This document shows positions 1 to 9,793 of a stretch of 64,000 nt of DNA, in pieces (the stretch's first letter is position 1; each line of letters begins with the position of its first letter). The DNA is taken from the NCBI GenBank assembly GCA_023269855.1, contig JAGDWP010000050.1, positions 8,503 through 72,502 of the forward strand, in the 5' to 3' direction. Made by a program: the position numbers and the translations under genes. This DNA comes from Nitrososphaerales archaeon (GTDB lineage: Archaea > Thermoproteota > Nitrososphaeria_A > Caldarchaeales > Wolframiiraptoraceae). A model generated the notes under the pieces. That model had not been told where the DNA came from and searched no databases. It saw only the letters and a list, made by a program, of their open reading frames with translations.

Positions 1-2
1 AG

Positions 3-104
3 CCGCTCGATCTGAGCATTAAGTATGCTTAGAGAGCTCTCAAGCCTGTTTCGGAAAGCCATTCTAGAATCTTCATCTATAAAATCTTCATTCACTCTAT
101 TCAT
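3..104 (-). CDS. 5' part of a hypothetical protein running off the window edge
   Basis: Manual translation MNRVNEDFIDEDSRMAFRNRLESSLSILNAQIER is open to the window start; divergent from glmS. Confidence 0.45.
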   Translation of the reverse strand, partial: MNRVNEDFIDEDSRMAFRNRLESSLSILNAQIER

Positions 105-308
105 CTACAACGCTATCCTACCGACCATGATTTTATCTCTTACTCATAGGTGATCCCTCATAGATTCCAAGAAGAATACTCGGAAAATACCGAATACATA
201 TCATCTTATTGGCCACATTGATTCTAGAGATCGGAACTTAGGATGTTATGATTCTAGAAGAGTAATCTCTAAAATAGACTATTATTAGTAGGTATTCTGG
301 GTAGAGTC

Positions 309-2129
309 ATGTGTGGGATAACTGGATGTGTAACTAAGCAGGGAAATGTGGCCAATATACTCTACAATTCACTTAAAAGGCTAGAATATAGAGGGTATGA
401 TTCAGCGGGAGTATCAACAGTGTATCAAAACAACCTTATAGTAAAGAAGGATGCAGGAAAGATAGATGAAATACATTCTCGATTAAATTTTCTAGATCTT
501 CCCGGGAACATTGGGATAGCTCATACGAGGTGGGCGACGCATGGGGCACCTTCGCAGGTTAACGCTCATCCACATCTTGATTGCACCGGAAAGATAGCCG
601 TCGTACATAATGGAGTATTAGAAAACTTTTTAGAGCTAAAACAAGACCTTGAAGCAAGAAAACACATATTCAAATCTAAGACCGATACTGAAGTAATACC
701 CCACCTTATTGAAGAATCCTTGAAGATGGGTAAGAATTTTACAGAAGCTGTATTGGAAGCAGTTAGGAAGCTTAGAGGAAGCTATGCTATAGCAGTATTG
801 TATGCTGGTGAACCAGACAAGATCATTGTTGCGAGAAATGAATCACCTATAGTGATAGGATTGAGTAAAGAAATGAATCTAGTTGCAAGCGATGTTGCAG
901 CAGTAATAGAGTATACGAATAAAGTAGTATTCTTAGAGAACGGGGATCTAGCCGTCGTTACATCAGATAATTTTCAAATATTTAGAATAGATTCGGGAAT
1001 ACCAGTTCAGAGGAAGACTACTGAGCTAAACTGGACTCTTGAAATGGCTGCAAAAGGAGGATACCCCCACTATATGCTTAAAGAAATTTTTGATCAACCT
1101 AATGTATTGAGGGAAGCATTACGAATACAAGATAAATATCTCGACTTATTAACAGAGTTTCTAGATAGAGGGAGGGAAATATTTCTTCTCGCATCTGGAA
1201 CATCACATAACGCATGTATAGTAGGATCATATATGTTCTCAAAACTAGCCAGGCTGACAACTTACCCTGTAATAGCATCTGAATTCATTGAGAACTATGG
1301 TTCATCGATAGGCATAGATACGGTCATTCTTGCATTAAGCCAGTCAGGTGAAACAGCAGATGTCCTAACATCTCTGGAATATGCTAGATATAGGGCTGCT
1401 ACGATAATTGGTATAACGAATGTTCTAGGGTCGACATTGACGAGGATCGCTAGAGCCTACGTTTTACAGAATGCAGGTCCAGAGATAGGGGTAGCAGCTA
1501 CGAAAACATTTACATCCCAATTGATGGTTTTAGCTCTCTTAGCATTAAGGCTTGCACGTAAGAGAGGAAAAGTTTCTCAGTATGAAATAGATGAATTTCA
1601 AGAAGAATTGAGACTCGTCCCACAACTAGTTGAGAAGACTCTTGAACTATCTGATGAACCCATCAAAAAGCTTTCGAAAGAAACTGCAAGATTCTCCAGC
1701 ATGTTCTTCTTGGGGAGAGGATTAAGCTATGCTACGGCCCTTGAAGCAAGATTAAAGATTATGGAGCTAAGCTATATACCATGTATAGCTTATCCTGCAG
1801 GAGAGAGTAAGCATGGACCGATAAGCGTTATAGAAGAAGGCTACCCAGTCTTCTTCATCGCTCCTAACGATGAAACACGTAAACATATAATAGGAAATAT
1901 AATGGAGATGAAAGCCCGGGGTGCAAGAATATACTGTATTGGAGCTGAAGGAGATGAAGAGATTAAGCAGCTTTCAGATTGGTATCTCGGGCTACCATCT
2001 ACTCATCCTCTACTCTCTCCAATAGTGTATGTTATACCATTTCAGCTCCTTGCATATTACACAGCTGTCGAGAAAGGATATGACCCCGATAAGCCTAGAA
2101 ATCTAGCGAAGAGCGTTACAGTTCTCTAG
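309..2129 (+). CDS. glmS: Glutamine--fructose-6-phosphate aminotransferase
   Basis: N-terminal MCGI, RGYDSAG, HTRWATHG, SQSGETAD, C-terminal PRNLAKSVTV. Confidence 0.97.
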   Translation: MCGITGCVTKQGNVANILYNSLKRLEYRGYDSAGVSTVYQNNLIVKKDAGKIDEIHSRLNFLDLPGNIGIAHTRWATHGAPSQVNAHPHLDCTGKIAVVHNGVLENFLELKQDLEARKHIFKSKTDTEVIPHLIEESLKMGKNFTEAVLEAVRKLRGSYAIAVLYAGEPDKIIVARNESPIVIGLSKEMNLVASDVAAVIEYTNKVVFLENGDLAVVTSDNFQIFRIDSGIPVQRKTTELNWTLEMAAKGGYPHYMLKEIFDQPNVLREALRIQDKYLDLLTEFLDRGREIFLLASGTSHNACIVGSYMFSKLARLTTYPVIASEFIENYGSSIGIDTVILALSQSGETADVLTSLEYARYRAATIIGITNVLGSTLTRIARAYVLQNAGPEIGVAATKTFTSQLMVLALLALRLARKRGKVSQYEIDEFQEELRLVPQLVEKTLELSDEPIKKLSKETARFSSMFFLGRGLSYATALEARLKIMELSYIPCIAYPAGESKHGPISVIEEGYPVFFIAPNDETRKHIIGNIMEMKARGARIYCIGAEGDEEIKQLSDWYLGLPSTHPLLSPIVYVIPFQLLAYYTAVEKGYDPDKPRNLAKSVTVL

Positions 2130-3564
2130 CAGTAAAGAAAAGCTTTGTCTCACCCATAGTCTTTACCGGTAAATCTCTTATCTTCACAACTATTGGGAGA
2201 TCGTTGACGACTTTACCGATTACTAGACATCTCCTAGGTGGCAATGCTTTAACAATTCTCTTAACTGTTTCAGCATCTACTCTAGAAGCTTTTGCTAGGT
2301 AGTCTAGGTCTGAGTCATTAGTGAAGTTGAAGAGAAATATATTATCCGCCTGCCGGTAAACTGAGTCAGGGATCATGTCTGGTTGATTCGTAACAAATAT
2401 TGGAAAGATACCTATATGCCTCATCCTCGTTACTAAGTCGTCCCAGTAAGTCTCCCTCAAGTATAGATGAGCTTCTTCAGCTAAGAGGAACAATGGTGGA
2501 CATAGACCATTCTTCAATATCGTAGTGAGCTTACTTAGAATATATTCTACTACAAGCCTCCTCCCATGTGGTAAACTTTTCGAGAGGTCAACGATCAAAG
2601 CACTTCCATCTTCGAATTCATTGAGTAAGTCTTCTAGGCTCCGTTGATTATCATCGTCAAAGAATTCTAAATCTTCTATCGATGATAACCTACTCAGCAA
2701 GGCTTCTCTAACAGATTCATTCATAGGAGCTTTCATTATTGCTTCAATCAATGTTTTAAAAGTTAATTTTCCATACATTTTCTTAACAATATACCATATT
2801 CTACTGAATTCTCTAAGGCTTGCAGATGGAGTATCATAAACATATCTTAGGATATCTAGCATAGTCTTTAAACCCGTGTCTTCTATTGAGACCTTAAAAT
2901 TCTGACCTGGAACAAGTACTATAATCCTGTCAGATAATTCATAATCAAAGCCATCTATTCTTTTTGATAATCCTGCATATTCACCATTTACATCGAAGAT
3001 TAGGACTCTGGCCCCATACTCGACAAGTCCCAACACTAGTAGTTTCGCAAGATGAGATTTCCCCATTTCCTTCTTTCCAGTAATTATTGTTAATCTACCA
3101 TCGATCGATTCCGCATTAATTGTGAACCAATCACCCATACATTCTCCAAGCGGTATAATACGTCGGGCATTGCTCTTAGAAAGCTCATTTATTAGGGAAG
3201 GTGAAGCTTTCTGAATTTTCGAGCAGAATCTTGACGGAAGCCAGAGGACATCATTCCTAAGTTCACCATTAATTAACACCCCTCTGAATTTACTAATTAT
3301 CAGTCTCACCTCTCTCAACTTCGCAATAAGTGATCCAACAGAGAAGGGATCGATCAATGAAGAACTTTTAGCATCTTCCATTGAAAGTTCTCTCAGAGTA
3401 TCCTCAAGTATTCCTGGAAGATTTGCGTACTCTATGTCAATTACTTGGAGCAACAGTTTCCTATTTTCGTCTTCTATTATCAGATAGTCTCCTCGTTCAA
3501 GTAGTTCTTCATCTGGAGAAGCTAGAAGCTCGACTGTATCATTATTCTTGGAGAGTATCTTCAC
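2116..3564 (-). CDS. herA: HerA-family ATPase/translocase (DUF87)
   Basis: N-terminal HAS-barrel-like region, Walker A GKKEMGKS, IFDVNGEY, Walker B LAEEAHLY, RMRH, TNQP; 4-nt overlap with nurA. Confidence 0.85.
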   Translation of the reverse strand: MKILSKNNDTVELLASPDEELLERGDYLIIEDENRKLLLQVIDIEYANLPGILEDTLRELSMEDAKSSSLIDPFSVGSLIAKLREVRLIISKFRGVLINGELRNDVLWLPSRFCSKIQKASPSLINELSKSNARRIIPLGECMGDWFTINAESIDGRLTIITGKKEMGKSHLAKLLVLGLVEYGARVLIFDVNGEYAGLSKRIDGFDYELSDRIIVLVPGQNFKVSIEDTGLKTMLDILRYVYDTPSASLREFSRIWYIVKKMYGKLTFKTLIEAIMKAPMNESVREALLSRLSSIEDLEFFDDDNQRSLEDLLNEFEDGSALIVDLSKSLPHGRRLVVEYILSKLTTILKNGLCPPLFLLAEEAHLYLRETYWDDLVTRMRHIGIFPIFVTNQPDMIPDSVYRQADNIFLFNFTNDSDLDYLAKASRVDAETVKRIVKALPPRRCLVIGKVVNDLPIVVKIRDLPVKTMGETKLFFTAREL

Positions 3565-4604
3565 TTGTAATCACCGTCGATAGGATGAAATAGGATATCT
3601 CTAATGTATTCAGGGTAGAGTAACTCGACATTCATTTTCTTCAGTATGGACTGCATAATTATAACATCTAACTTAGTGAAAGTTGAGTAATCATGTGCAA
3701 GTATTAGGGTTTCAGGATATCCATAGATTAAGGCATCGCTTTTTAATAATGTACCAAAGACTGAAGACATATCATAACCAACTGGTACATCCACTCTATA
3801 TCCTAGACTCCCAAAACTTAACCGTGCCAGACAAACCCTTCCAAGTGTTCTAACCTCATAACTACGGTAACATTTTAACGCATTTGTTAAATCTATAATG
3901 TATGGAGGATCTTTCCCTATGTAGATTGATTGGAGATATTCTCCCGAAATCTGTAGGAAGCTAGTCTTTGAAAAAGCTAGAATATTGTTTCTATTTCCAC
4001 TGGCAGTCTCAAGTATTTTCTGTAAAGTATTTGTGTAATGGCTGAAGTTGTTAGCTACAAGACACCCATCAAAAAGTATTATTGAGTCAGTAAAACTTTC
4101 TGCAGCATATTCTTGCATTCGTCTCTCCAGCATCTCTGTTAAAGCTCTTTGAGCATTAAGATAGAAGTCGTATCCTGAAGAATATCGTAGAGGTTCTGAG
4201 TATTCCCTTAAAATCTTTTTGAAATTCATCTTGTTGATATAGAATAAGAAAGGACCTAAAGATTGGATAGAAATTGAATTATCTACGTCTTTAACTACTA
4301 TAGCTCCTTTAACCGATATAACCACTCCTTTACTAGATTCAGCTAATCGGATGGAAGAAACATCTAATCCAACTATCTTCTTTCTACTCACAACTTCTCT
4401 AGGCTCATATATTTCGAGAAGATATTCATCTAGAGTAGAATTGGAACCGACATGATTTTCATCTAGATAATCTTTGGCCAAATCCTCCCTTGAACCAGCA
4501 TAAATCGTTAACCCTTCTAAATCAGTAAGAGTTTCTAATCCAGCATTAGAGAAAGCTTTAAGAAACTCTACTTCGATGTTTATTTGGTGTTCAAGATGCT
4601 CCAT
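3561..4604 (-). CDS. nurA: NurA-family nuclease
   Basis: GLDVS, LFDGCL and GYPETLILAH motifs; coupled to herA. Confidence 0.82.
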   Translation of the reverse strand: MEHLEHQINIEVEFLKAFSNAGLETLTDLEGLTIYAGSREDLAKDYLDENHVGSNSTLDEYLLEIYEPREVVSRKKIVGLDVSSIRLAESSKGVVISVKGAIVVKDVDNSISIQSLGPFLFYINKMNFKKILREYSEPLRYSSGYDFYLNAQRALTEMLERRMQEYAAESFTDSIILFDGCLVANNFSHYTNTLQKILETASGNRNNILAFSKTSFLQISGEYLQSIYIGKDPPYIIDLTNALKCYRSYEVRTLGRVCLARLSFGSLGYRVDVPVGYDMSSVFGTLLKSDALIYGYPETLILAHDYSTFTKLDVIIMQSILKKMNVELLYPEYIRDILFHPIDGDYK

Positions 4605-4675
4605 GCCTCACTCCTCATTATTAATTATTGGGAGAATGTGTTTATAAATGTTGCTCAATTTGAGCATGATGTATC

Positions 4676-5110
4676 ATGACGGAACAAGAAAAAATTAAAA
4701 TAGAAGTAACAATCGGACCAGCCACGGTTAGAATCGAGGCACCGCCAGACAAGGTTGAAGAAGCTGTTAAACAGGTTATTTCAGCTCTTAAAGCTTCACT
4801 ACCCCAATTGAAGATAGAGGAAAAACCAGAAGCTAAAGAAGTAAGAACGAGGAGTCTGCCAACTTGTTCAATATTGATCAAGAACCTAGTCAACGAAGGA
4901 TGGTTTGATAAACCCAGAACATTATCTGAGACAGTGCAAGAATTAGCTAGGAGGGGCTACAACTATGACTCTACAGCTGTTTCCCATTCACTGCTCGACT
5001 TAGTCAGAGAAAGAATCTTGACTAGAGAAGGCTCTCCTAGAAGATACATCTACTATAGAACTGAGCAGACAACCGGAGCAACCTACGAAGTGAAATCTTC
5101 TGAATTATGA
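4676..5110 (+). CDS. Hypothetical protein with C-terminal winged-helix-like domain
   Basis: EGWFDKPRTLSE...L..LV...L.REG..R.Y.Y pattern; divergent from nurA-herA. Confidence 0.65.
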   Translation: MTEQEKIKIEVTIGPATVRIEAPPDKVEEAVKQVISALKASLPQLKIEEKPEAKEVRTRSLPTCSILIKNLVNEGWFDKPRTLSETVQELARRGYNYDSTAVSHSLLDLVRERILTREGSPRRYIYYRTEQTTGATYEVKSSEL

Positions 5111-5243
5111 AATATCAGTAACATTGCAAGTTAAGTAATTTTAAACCTTGCCAATTCTGACTCCATTATTAGAATATGTCAGTATAGGAGTCTATTCAAT
5201 TATAAAACTCAAATTGTAGGTGCTTCAGATTTAGTATAGATGG

Positions 5244-5798
5244 TTGAATATGAATAGTAAAGAGGTACTTGACCAGCCTGTCTCTAAGTATATTATAAGA
5301 GATTTCATTGTAGTCGATGCAGATAAGAGTGTTGTTGAAGCTGCAAGATTAATGAGAGAGAAAGGATTAGAGTGTATCATAGTTGTAGAGAATGGGAAAC
5401 CGGTAGGTATGCTTACTCTCAGAGATATTGTTTATAGAGTTGTTGCAGAAAAAAGAGAACCATTAAAAACTAAGTTAGGAGAGATATCTTCAAGACCCTT
5501 AATAACTGTAGACCCGAAGACTAAAGTGAGTGAGGCAATAAAACTAATGTTAGAGAATGATATTAGAAGATTACCTGTCTTAGATTCGGGTAAAATCATA
5601 GGCATATTAGTTCTCAGAGCTGTAGTCGGAAACATATTGGAGAAGAATATTCTACTTGCAGACTTGGAAGTACCTGAAGGTGTAAGCTGCCCATATTGTG
5701 GCTCCATCTTCAAGAACCGTGAAGAATTATCAAAACATATTGATAGAGTACACATAGGTGCTGGAATATTAGAAGGAGCTGCTAAAAGGAGACACTAG
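5244..5798 (+). CDS. CBS-pair protein with C-terminal C2H2 zinc finger
   Basis: Two CBS repeats; CPYC-x12-H-x4-H. Confidence 0.88.
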   Translation: MNMNSKEVLDQPVSKYIIRDFIVVDADKSVVEAARLMREKGLECIIVVENGKPVGMLTLRDIVYRVVAEKREPLKTKLGEISSRPLITVDPKTKVSEAIKLMLENDIRRLPVLDSGKIIGILVLRAVVGNILEKNILLADLEVPEGVSCPYCGSIFKNREELSKHIDRVHIGAGILEGAAKRRH

Positions 5799-5891
5799 AA
5801 AAGAGATTATTACATTGAATAACAATCATCTACCATTTCCCTCCATGCTACTTACATAGTCAAATATATTTCTGTCTTAATCAATTAACTA

Positions 5892-6806
5892 GTGGATAAG
5901 ATGAGCCTTAGAATATCTTTTATTGGACACCTAACTATTGATGAGATAGAATATGCAGACAATGTAATAAGAGTTTCACCAGGCGGCACAGCATTCTATT
6001 CATCCCTAACAGCTACTCAATTAGGATGCAATAGTCGAGTATATTCTGTAATAGGGGAAGACTATCCCGAAGAATATCTTGAAACCCTCTCAGCGAATGG
6101 GGTAAACATTGCAAAGATAGTTAGAAGGAATGAGAGCAAGTCCACGAGATATAGAATAATATACAGAGATGGAAAAAGAGAGATGTTTCTTTTAGAGAAA
6201 GCGCCTACTATTGAAGTTGGAGAGATAGAAGACCTTGATGCAGTATATCTTGGACCAGTAGCTCAGGAGGTTACAATAGATGATGTTAAGAAGATTATTA
6301 GAAATTTCAGAACTGCTATAGATCCTCAAGGCATACTCAGAGTATTCGATGAAAAAGGAAGAGTAGCACTAGAAAAAAGTCTTGATCTCAGCATGCTTGG
6401 AAAAGCATGGATTCTTAGGCTTTCCTATGAAGAAGCAGTAACTTTAACAGATATGATTAACCCTGTCCAAGTAATCGAGAAGTTATTAAATGCAGGCATA
6501 GAGAATATTGTCTTAAGCATGGGATCGAAAGGATTGATAACAGCAAATGATAAAGTGAAATACTTTATCCCAGCCTATTCTGAGTCCAATGTTGTAGACC
6601 CGACTGGGGCTGGAGATGTTTTAGGTGGAGCTTTTCTCGTCGAACTTCTTTCCAGCGGAGATCTTCTTTGGGCTTCCTGTATTGGAGCTTCAGCAGCTTC
6701 TATATCAATAGAAGACTATGCCGCGAATTCCATATTATCCAAGGATTTCAAAAAGAAGCTTGTTACGAGAGCATACGAAGTAATGGATAGAATAAGGAGG
6801 ATTTAG
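5892..6806 (+). CDS. PfkB-family carbohydrate/nucleoside kinase
   Basis: PGGTAFY and DPTGAGD motifs. Confidence 0.9.
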   Translation: MDKMSLRISFIGHLTIDEIEYADNVIRVSPGGTAFYSSLTATQLGCNSRVYSVIGEDYPEEYLETLSANGVNIAKIVRRNESKSTRYRIIYRDGKREMFLLEKAPTIEVGEIEDLDAVYLGPVAQEVTIDDVKKIIRNFRTAIDPQGILRVFDEKGRVALEKSLDLSMLGKAWILRLSYEEAVTLTDMINPVQVIEKLLNAGIENIVLSMGSKGLITANDKVKYFIPAYSESNVVDPTGAGDVLGGAFLVELLSSGDLLWASCIGASAASISIEDYAANSILSKDFKKKLVTRAYEVMDRIRRI

Positions 6807-6842
6807 ATTTATCTACAAGGATTCTTAGATTATTGTTGGAGA

Positions 6843-7292
6843 ATGAAGTCTGATAGAATTATATATAAGCCAGGTGTCTACAGTAGGGAGGATATTGACT
6901 TTAACGCTCTTTTCAAGCAGTTTCTAGACACAGATTTCGATAATGAAGTAGGTGCACTTGCAATTTTCATAGGCAAAGTGAAGAGCTCAAGTAGAGAAGG
7001 AGTCAGAGTCTCATATCTAGAGATTGAAACCTATAAAGAACATGCTGACAAGACTCTAGAGAAAATCTGTAGAGAAGTAAAGGAGAAGCATGGTTTAGCT
7101 TATGCTGGTATATGGCACTTAATTGGAAGATTCAGTATTGGTGAACCATTAGTAATGGTTATCGCCGCAGGGAGGAGCAGACAGGAAGTTTTTAGAGCAT
7201 TACCTGAATTAGTTGAAAGATATAAGAAGGAGCCCGCTCTCTTCAAAAGAGAAGTTTACGTTAATGGAAGTTATAGATGGTTAGAAGAGTGA
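6843..7292 (+). CDS. moaE: Molybdopterin synthase large subunit
   Basis: GALAIFIGKVK, HLIGRFSIGE, K...LFKRE...W. Confidence 0.9.
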   Translation: MKSDRIIYKPGVYSREDIDFNALFKQFLDTDFDNEVGALAIFIGKVKSSSREGVRVSYLEIETYKEHADKTLEKICREVKEKHGLAYAGIWHLIGRFSIGEPLVMVIAAGRSRQEVFRALPELVERYKKEPALFKREVYVNGSYRWLEE

Positions 7293-7574
7293 ACCTCCAG
7301 ATATCGGTGGAATTATTACTAGTTCATCTCCATCTTTAAGAATAGTTTCTCCATACTTAGCTCGAGGGATTACATCACCATTTAAAGCAACATTTATCCC
7401 ATCTCTAAGTTCGCCCGCCGAGTTTAGAAGATACTTCCTTAAACCACCATACCTTTTAAACAATTCATCTAGAAACTCGTAAATAGTTGAGTTCAAGGGA
7501 AGATCAATCTCCTCTTCTACCTTTTTAGTTTCCTCCCTTATGAATGCAAGATACCTAGTCTTAATCTTAGGCAT
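7281..7574 (-). CDS. moaD: MoaD/SAMP ubiquitin-like sulfur carrier with GG followed by an SLF tail
   Basis: Beta-grasp pattern, NG...LKDGDELVIIPPISGGSLF; ATG at 7574 preferred over TTG at 7586. Confidence 0.88.
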   Translation of the reverse strand: MPKIKTRYLAFIREETKKVEEEIDLPLNSTIYEFLDELFKRYGGLRKYLLNSAGELRDGINVALNGDVIPRAKYGETILKDGDELVIIPPISGGSLF

Positions 7575-7730
7575 ACTACATACCAATCTTTAACAATAAA
7601 CCCATCAATATTAATGTTCTCCTAACTCACTTTAAGATGTTACACATTTTTCTTAGAATTCAAAGTCTAGAAGCAGTTTGAATGTAACGATAGCGTGTGG
7701 ACAACGGCAAACTTATCCAGGATATAGTCA

Positions 7731-8645
7731 TTAATAGAATATTGATGATTGAAGATAATTAATTATTTCACCTAGGATTATTAAGATTCCGAAATTGAAA
7801 GCTAAATGTGCCGTAAGGGGATCAGCTGCTTCAGGTACTCTTTCATAAAATGTTTTAACTAATCTATATGCTTTAGGAAGAGTCAAGAATGCTATCAATG
7901 TATAAGCTGAATATATTCGGAAGATGACGAGAAAGATTAGTGAAAGATATATGGAGAGTAGAAAATACTTGTAGAATGAGAGAGCCCTCCTCTTACCGAG
8001 TATTACGGCTAATGTTTTAACTCTCGCTGCCTTATCGTATTCTATATCTCTGAGATTGTTAGCGAATAATACTAGTGCAACATACATTCCGATGGGGATA
8101 GATGCATACATTGGAGATAGATGAAGGTTACCTGTTAAGACATAATATGTCCCTGTAGTCATCAATGGTCCCCAAACTATGAATGCAGACAGCTCCCCTA
8201 TTGGTTGATGCTTAAACTTGAAGGGTTCACCACTATAAGCATAGGTGAAGAATAATCCGATAGCTGTGAAGATTGGAACTATCCAACCTCTAATAAAAGT
8301 GAGATAGACTGTAATCGAGACCACAATTACGTAAAAGAATAGGATCTCATTGAGAAATGTGGATACACTTATCTCCTTCGTTAATAGGTAGTGCCTCCTA
8401 TACTTAGCAGTGGGTGAAGAAAAGCTATCAACCCCGTATCTAACATCAAGTAAGTCGTTAACCATATTAGCGGCTGCATGGAAAGCTAATAACCCTACAA
8501 GAACTATAGGAAACAAGATAATATCATAGTTTATTGTTTGGAGAGCGAAGAGTAGGCCAATAGTAGAAGATACTATAGTCATTATGAAGGACCAGGGGCG
8601 AGTTGCGAGAAATAATATTCGTAGATTCATTCTATCGTCACCCAT
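7731..8645 (-). CDS. menA: UbiA/MenA-family prenyltransferase (DHNA octaprenyltransferase-like)
   Basis: ATRPWSF, NMVNDLLD, NNLRDIEYD, KTLAV; multiple TM helices. Confidence 0.85.
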   Translation of the reverse strand: MGDDRMNLRILFLATRPWSFIMTIVSSTIGLLFALQTINYDIILFPIVLVGLLAFHAAANMVNDLLDVRYGVDSFSSPTAKYRRHYLLTKEISVSTFLNEILFFYVIVVSITVYLTFIRGWIVPIFTAIGLFFTYAYSGEPFKFKHQPIGELSAFIVWGPLMTTGTYYVLTGNLHLSPMYASIPIGMYVALVLFANNLRDIEYDKAARVKTLAVILGKRRALSFYKYFLLSIYLSLIFLVIFRIYSAYTLIAFLTLPKAYRLVKTFYERVPEAADPLTAHLAFNFGILIILGEIINYLQSSIFY

Positions 8646-8689
8646 TGCCTTCCACGGTTACATATAAACGTCAACATTGAATATTCTAC

Positions 8690-9793
8690 CTATTGTTTCA
8701 TTCTGTGGGGTACTATTGGTTTTAAGGTTATCTCGATCTCTTTATGTTTTTCTCTAAATCTAATTTTCAGTCTTTCTTCTTCATTAGCATATTCTCGCTT
8801 AACATATCCTAAACCTATACCAATTCCCAATGTAAATGAGAATCCTCCACTAGTAACGGTTCCTATAACTTCATAATTCATGTTAGTGATTGCGTAACCC
8901 CTTCTTGGGATACCTCTTTCAAGACACTTAAAACCTACTAATAGTCTCTCAATCTCACCTGTCTCCAATATTTTCTCTATGGCTTCTTTCCCCACAAAAT
9001 ATTCTTTCGCTAGATCTATTGCAAAATCAAGTCTAGCTTCTATAGGGTTTGTTTCTTCATTGATATCGTATCCGTAAAGGGGATATCCTGCTTCAAGCCT
9101 CAAACTATCTCTAGAAGCTAACCCACATGGAAAGACACCAAGCGTAATTATTTTTTCCCATATTTTTCTAAGCTTTTCTGCATCCCATGTCCAAAACATG
9201 AATTCGTAACCATTTTCACCTGTATAGCCACTCCTCGTTATCAATGTATTTACACCATGAATTTCTGTTTCGAACCCTGCGAACCACTTTAACATGCTCA
9301 AGTCTTTCCCACTAAACTTAGAAGCATATTCAAGAGATCTCGGTCCCTGGATAGCGTATAAGCATGTTTGAAAAGTTAAGTCTTCTATCTCTACATCAAG
9401 TTTTTCAGATTTCTCTTTTAGCTCTGCTAACACTCTATCATGTGTAATAGCGTTTGAAACGATTATGAAATAATTTTGTTTTTCGGAATGCTTGAAAACT
9501 GTTAAATCATCTATTATTCCACCTTTCTCATTACACATTAAACAATACTTCATCTTTCCAGGTTTCAATTTCTCAACGTCTATTGTTAAAACATTTTGTA
9601 ACAAAATAGGAGCTTGATTACCTTTGACCGCTATCCTAGTCATATGAGTTATGTCGAATAATCCTGCGCTTGATCTAACTACAGTATGTTCTTCTCTATT
9701 GCTCGTAAACCATAGAGGTGTTCTCCATCCTGCGAATTCTCCTATTTCAGCATTCATGCCTATGTAATGAGATAGCAGTGGAGGCTCCTTCAT
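8690..9793 (-). CDS. gcvT: Glycine cleavage system aminomethyltransferase T
   Basis: GLFDITHM, RSGYTGENGYE, RDSLRLEAG. Confidence 0.95.
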   Translation of the reverse strand: MKEPPLLSHYIGMNAEIGEFAGWRTPLWFTSNREEHTVVRSSAGLFDITHMTRIAVKGNQAPILLQNVLTIDVEKLKPGKMKYCLMCNEKGGIIDDLTVFKHSEKQNYFIIVSNAITHDRVLAELKEKSEKLDVEIEDLTFQTCLYAIQGPRSLEYASKFSGKDLSMLKWFAGFETEIHGVNTLITRSGYTGENGYEFMFWTWDAEKLRKIWEKIITLGVFPCGLASRDSLRLEAGYPLYGYDINEETNPIEARLDFAIDLAKEYFVGKEAIEKILETGEIERLLVGFKCLERGIPRRGYAITNMNYEVIGTVTSGGFSFTLGIGIGLGYVKREYANEEERLKIRFREKHKEIEITLKPIVPHRMKQ

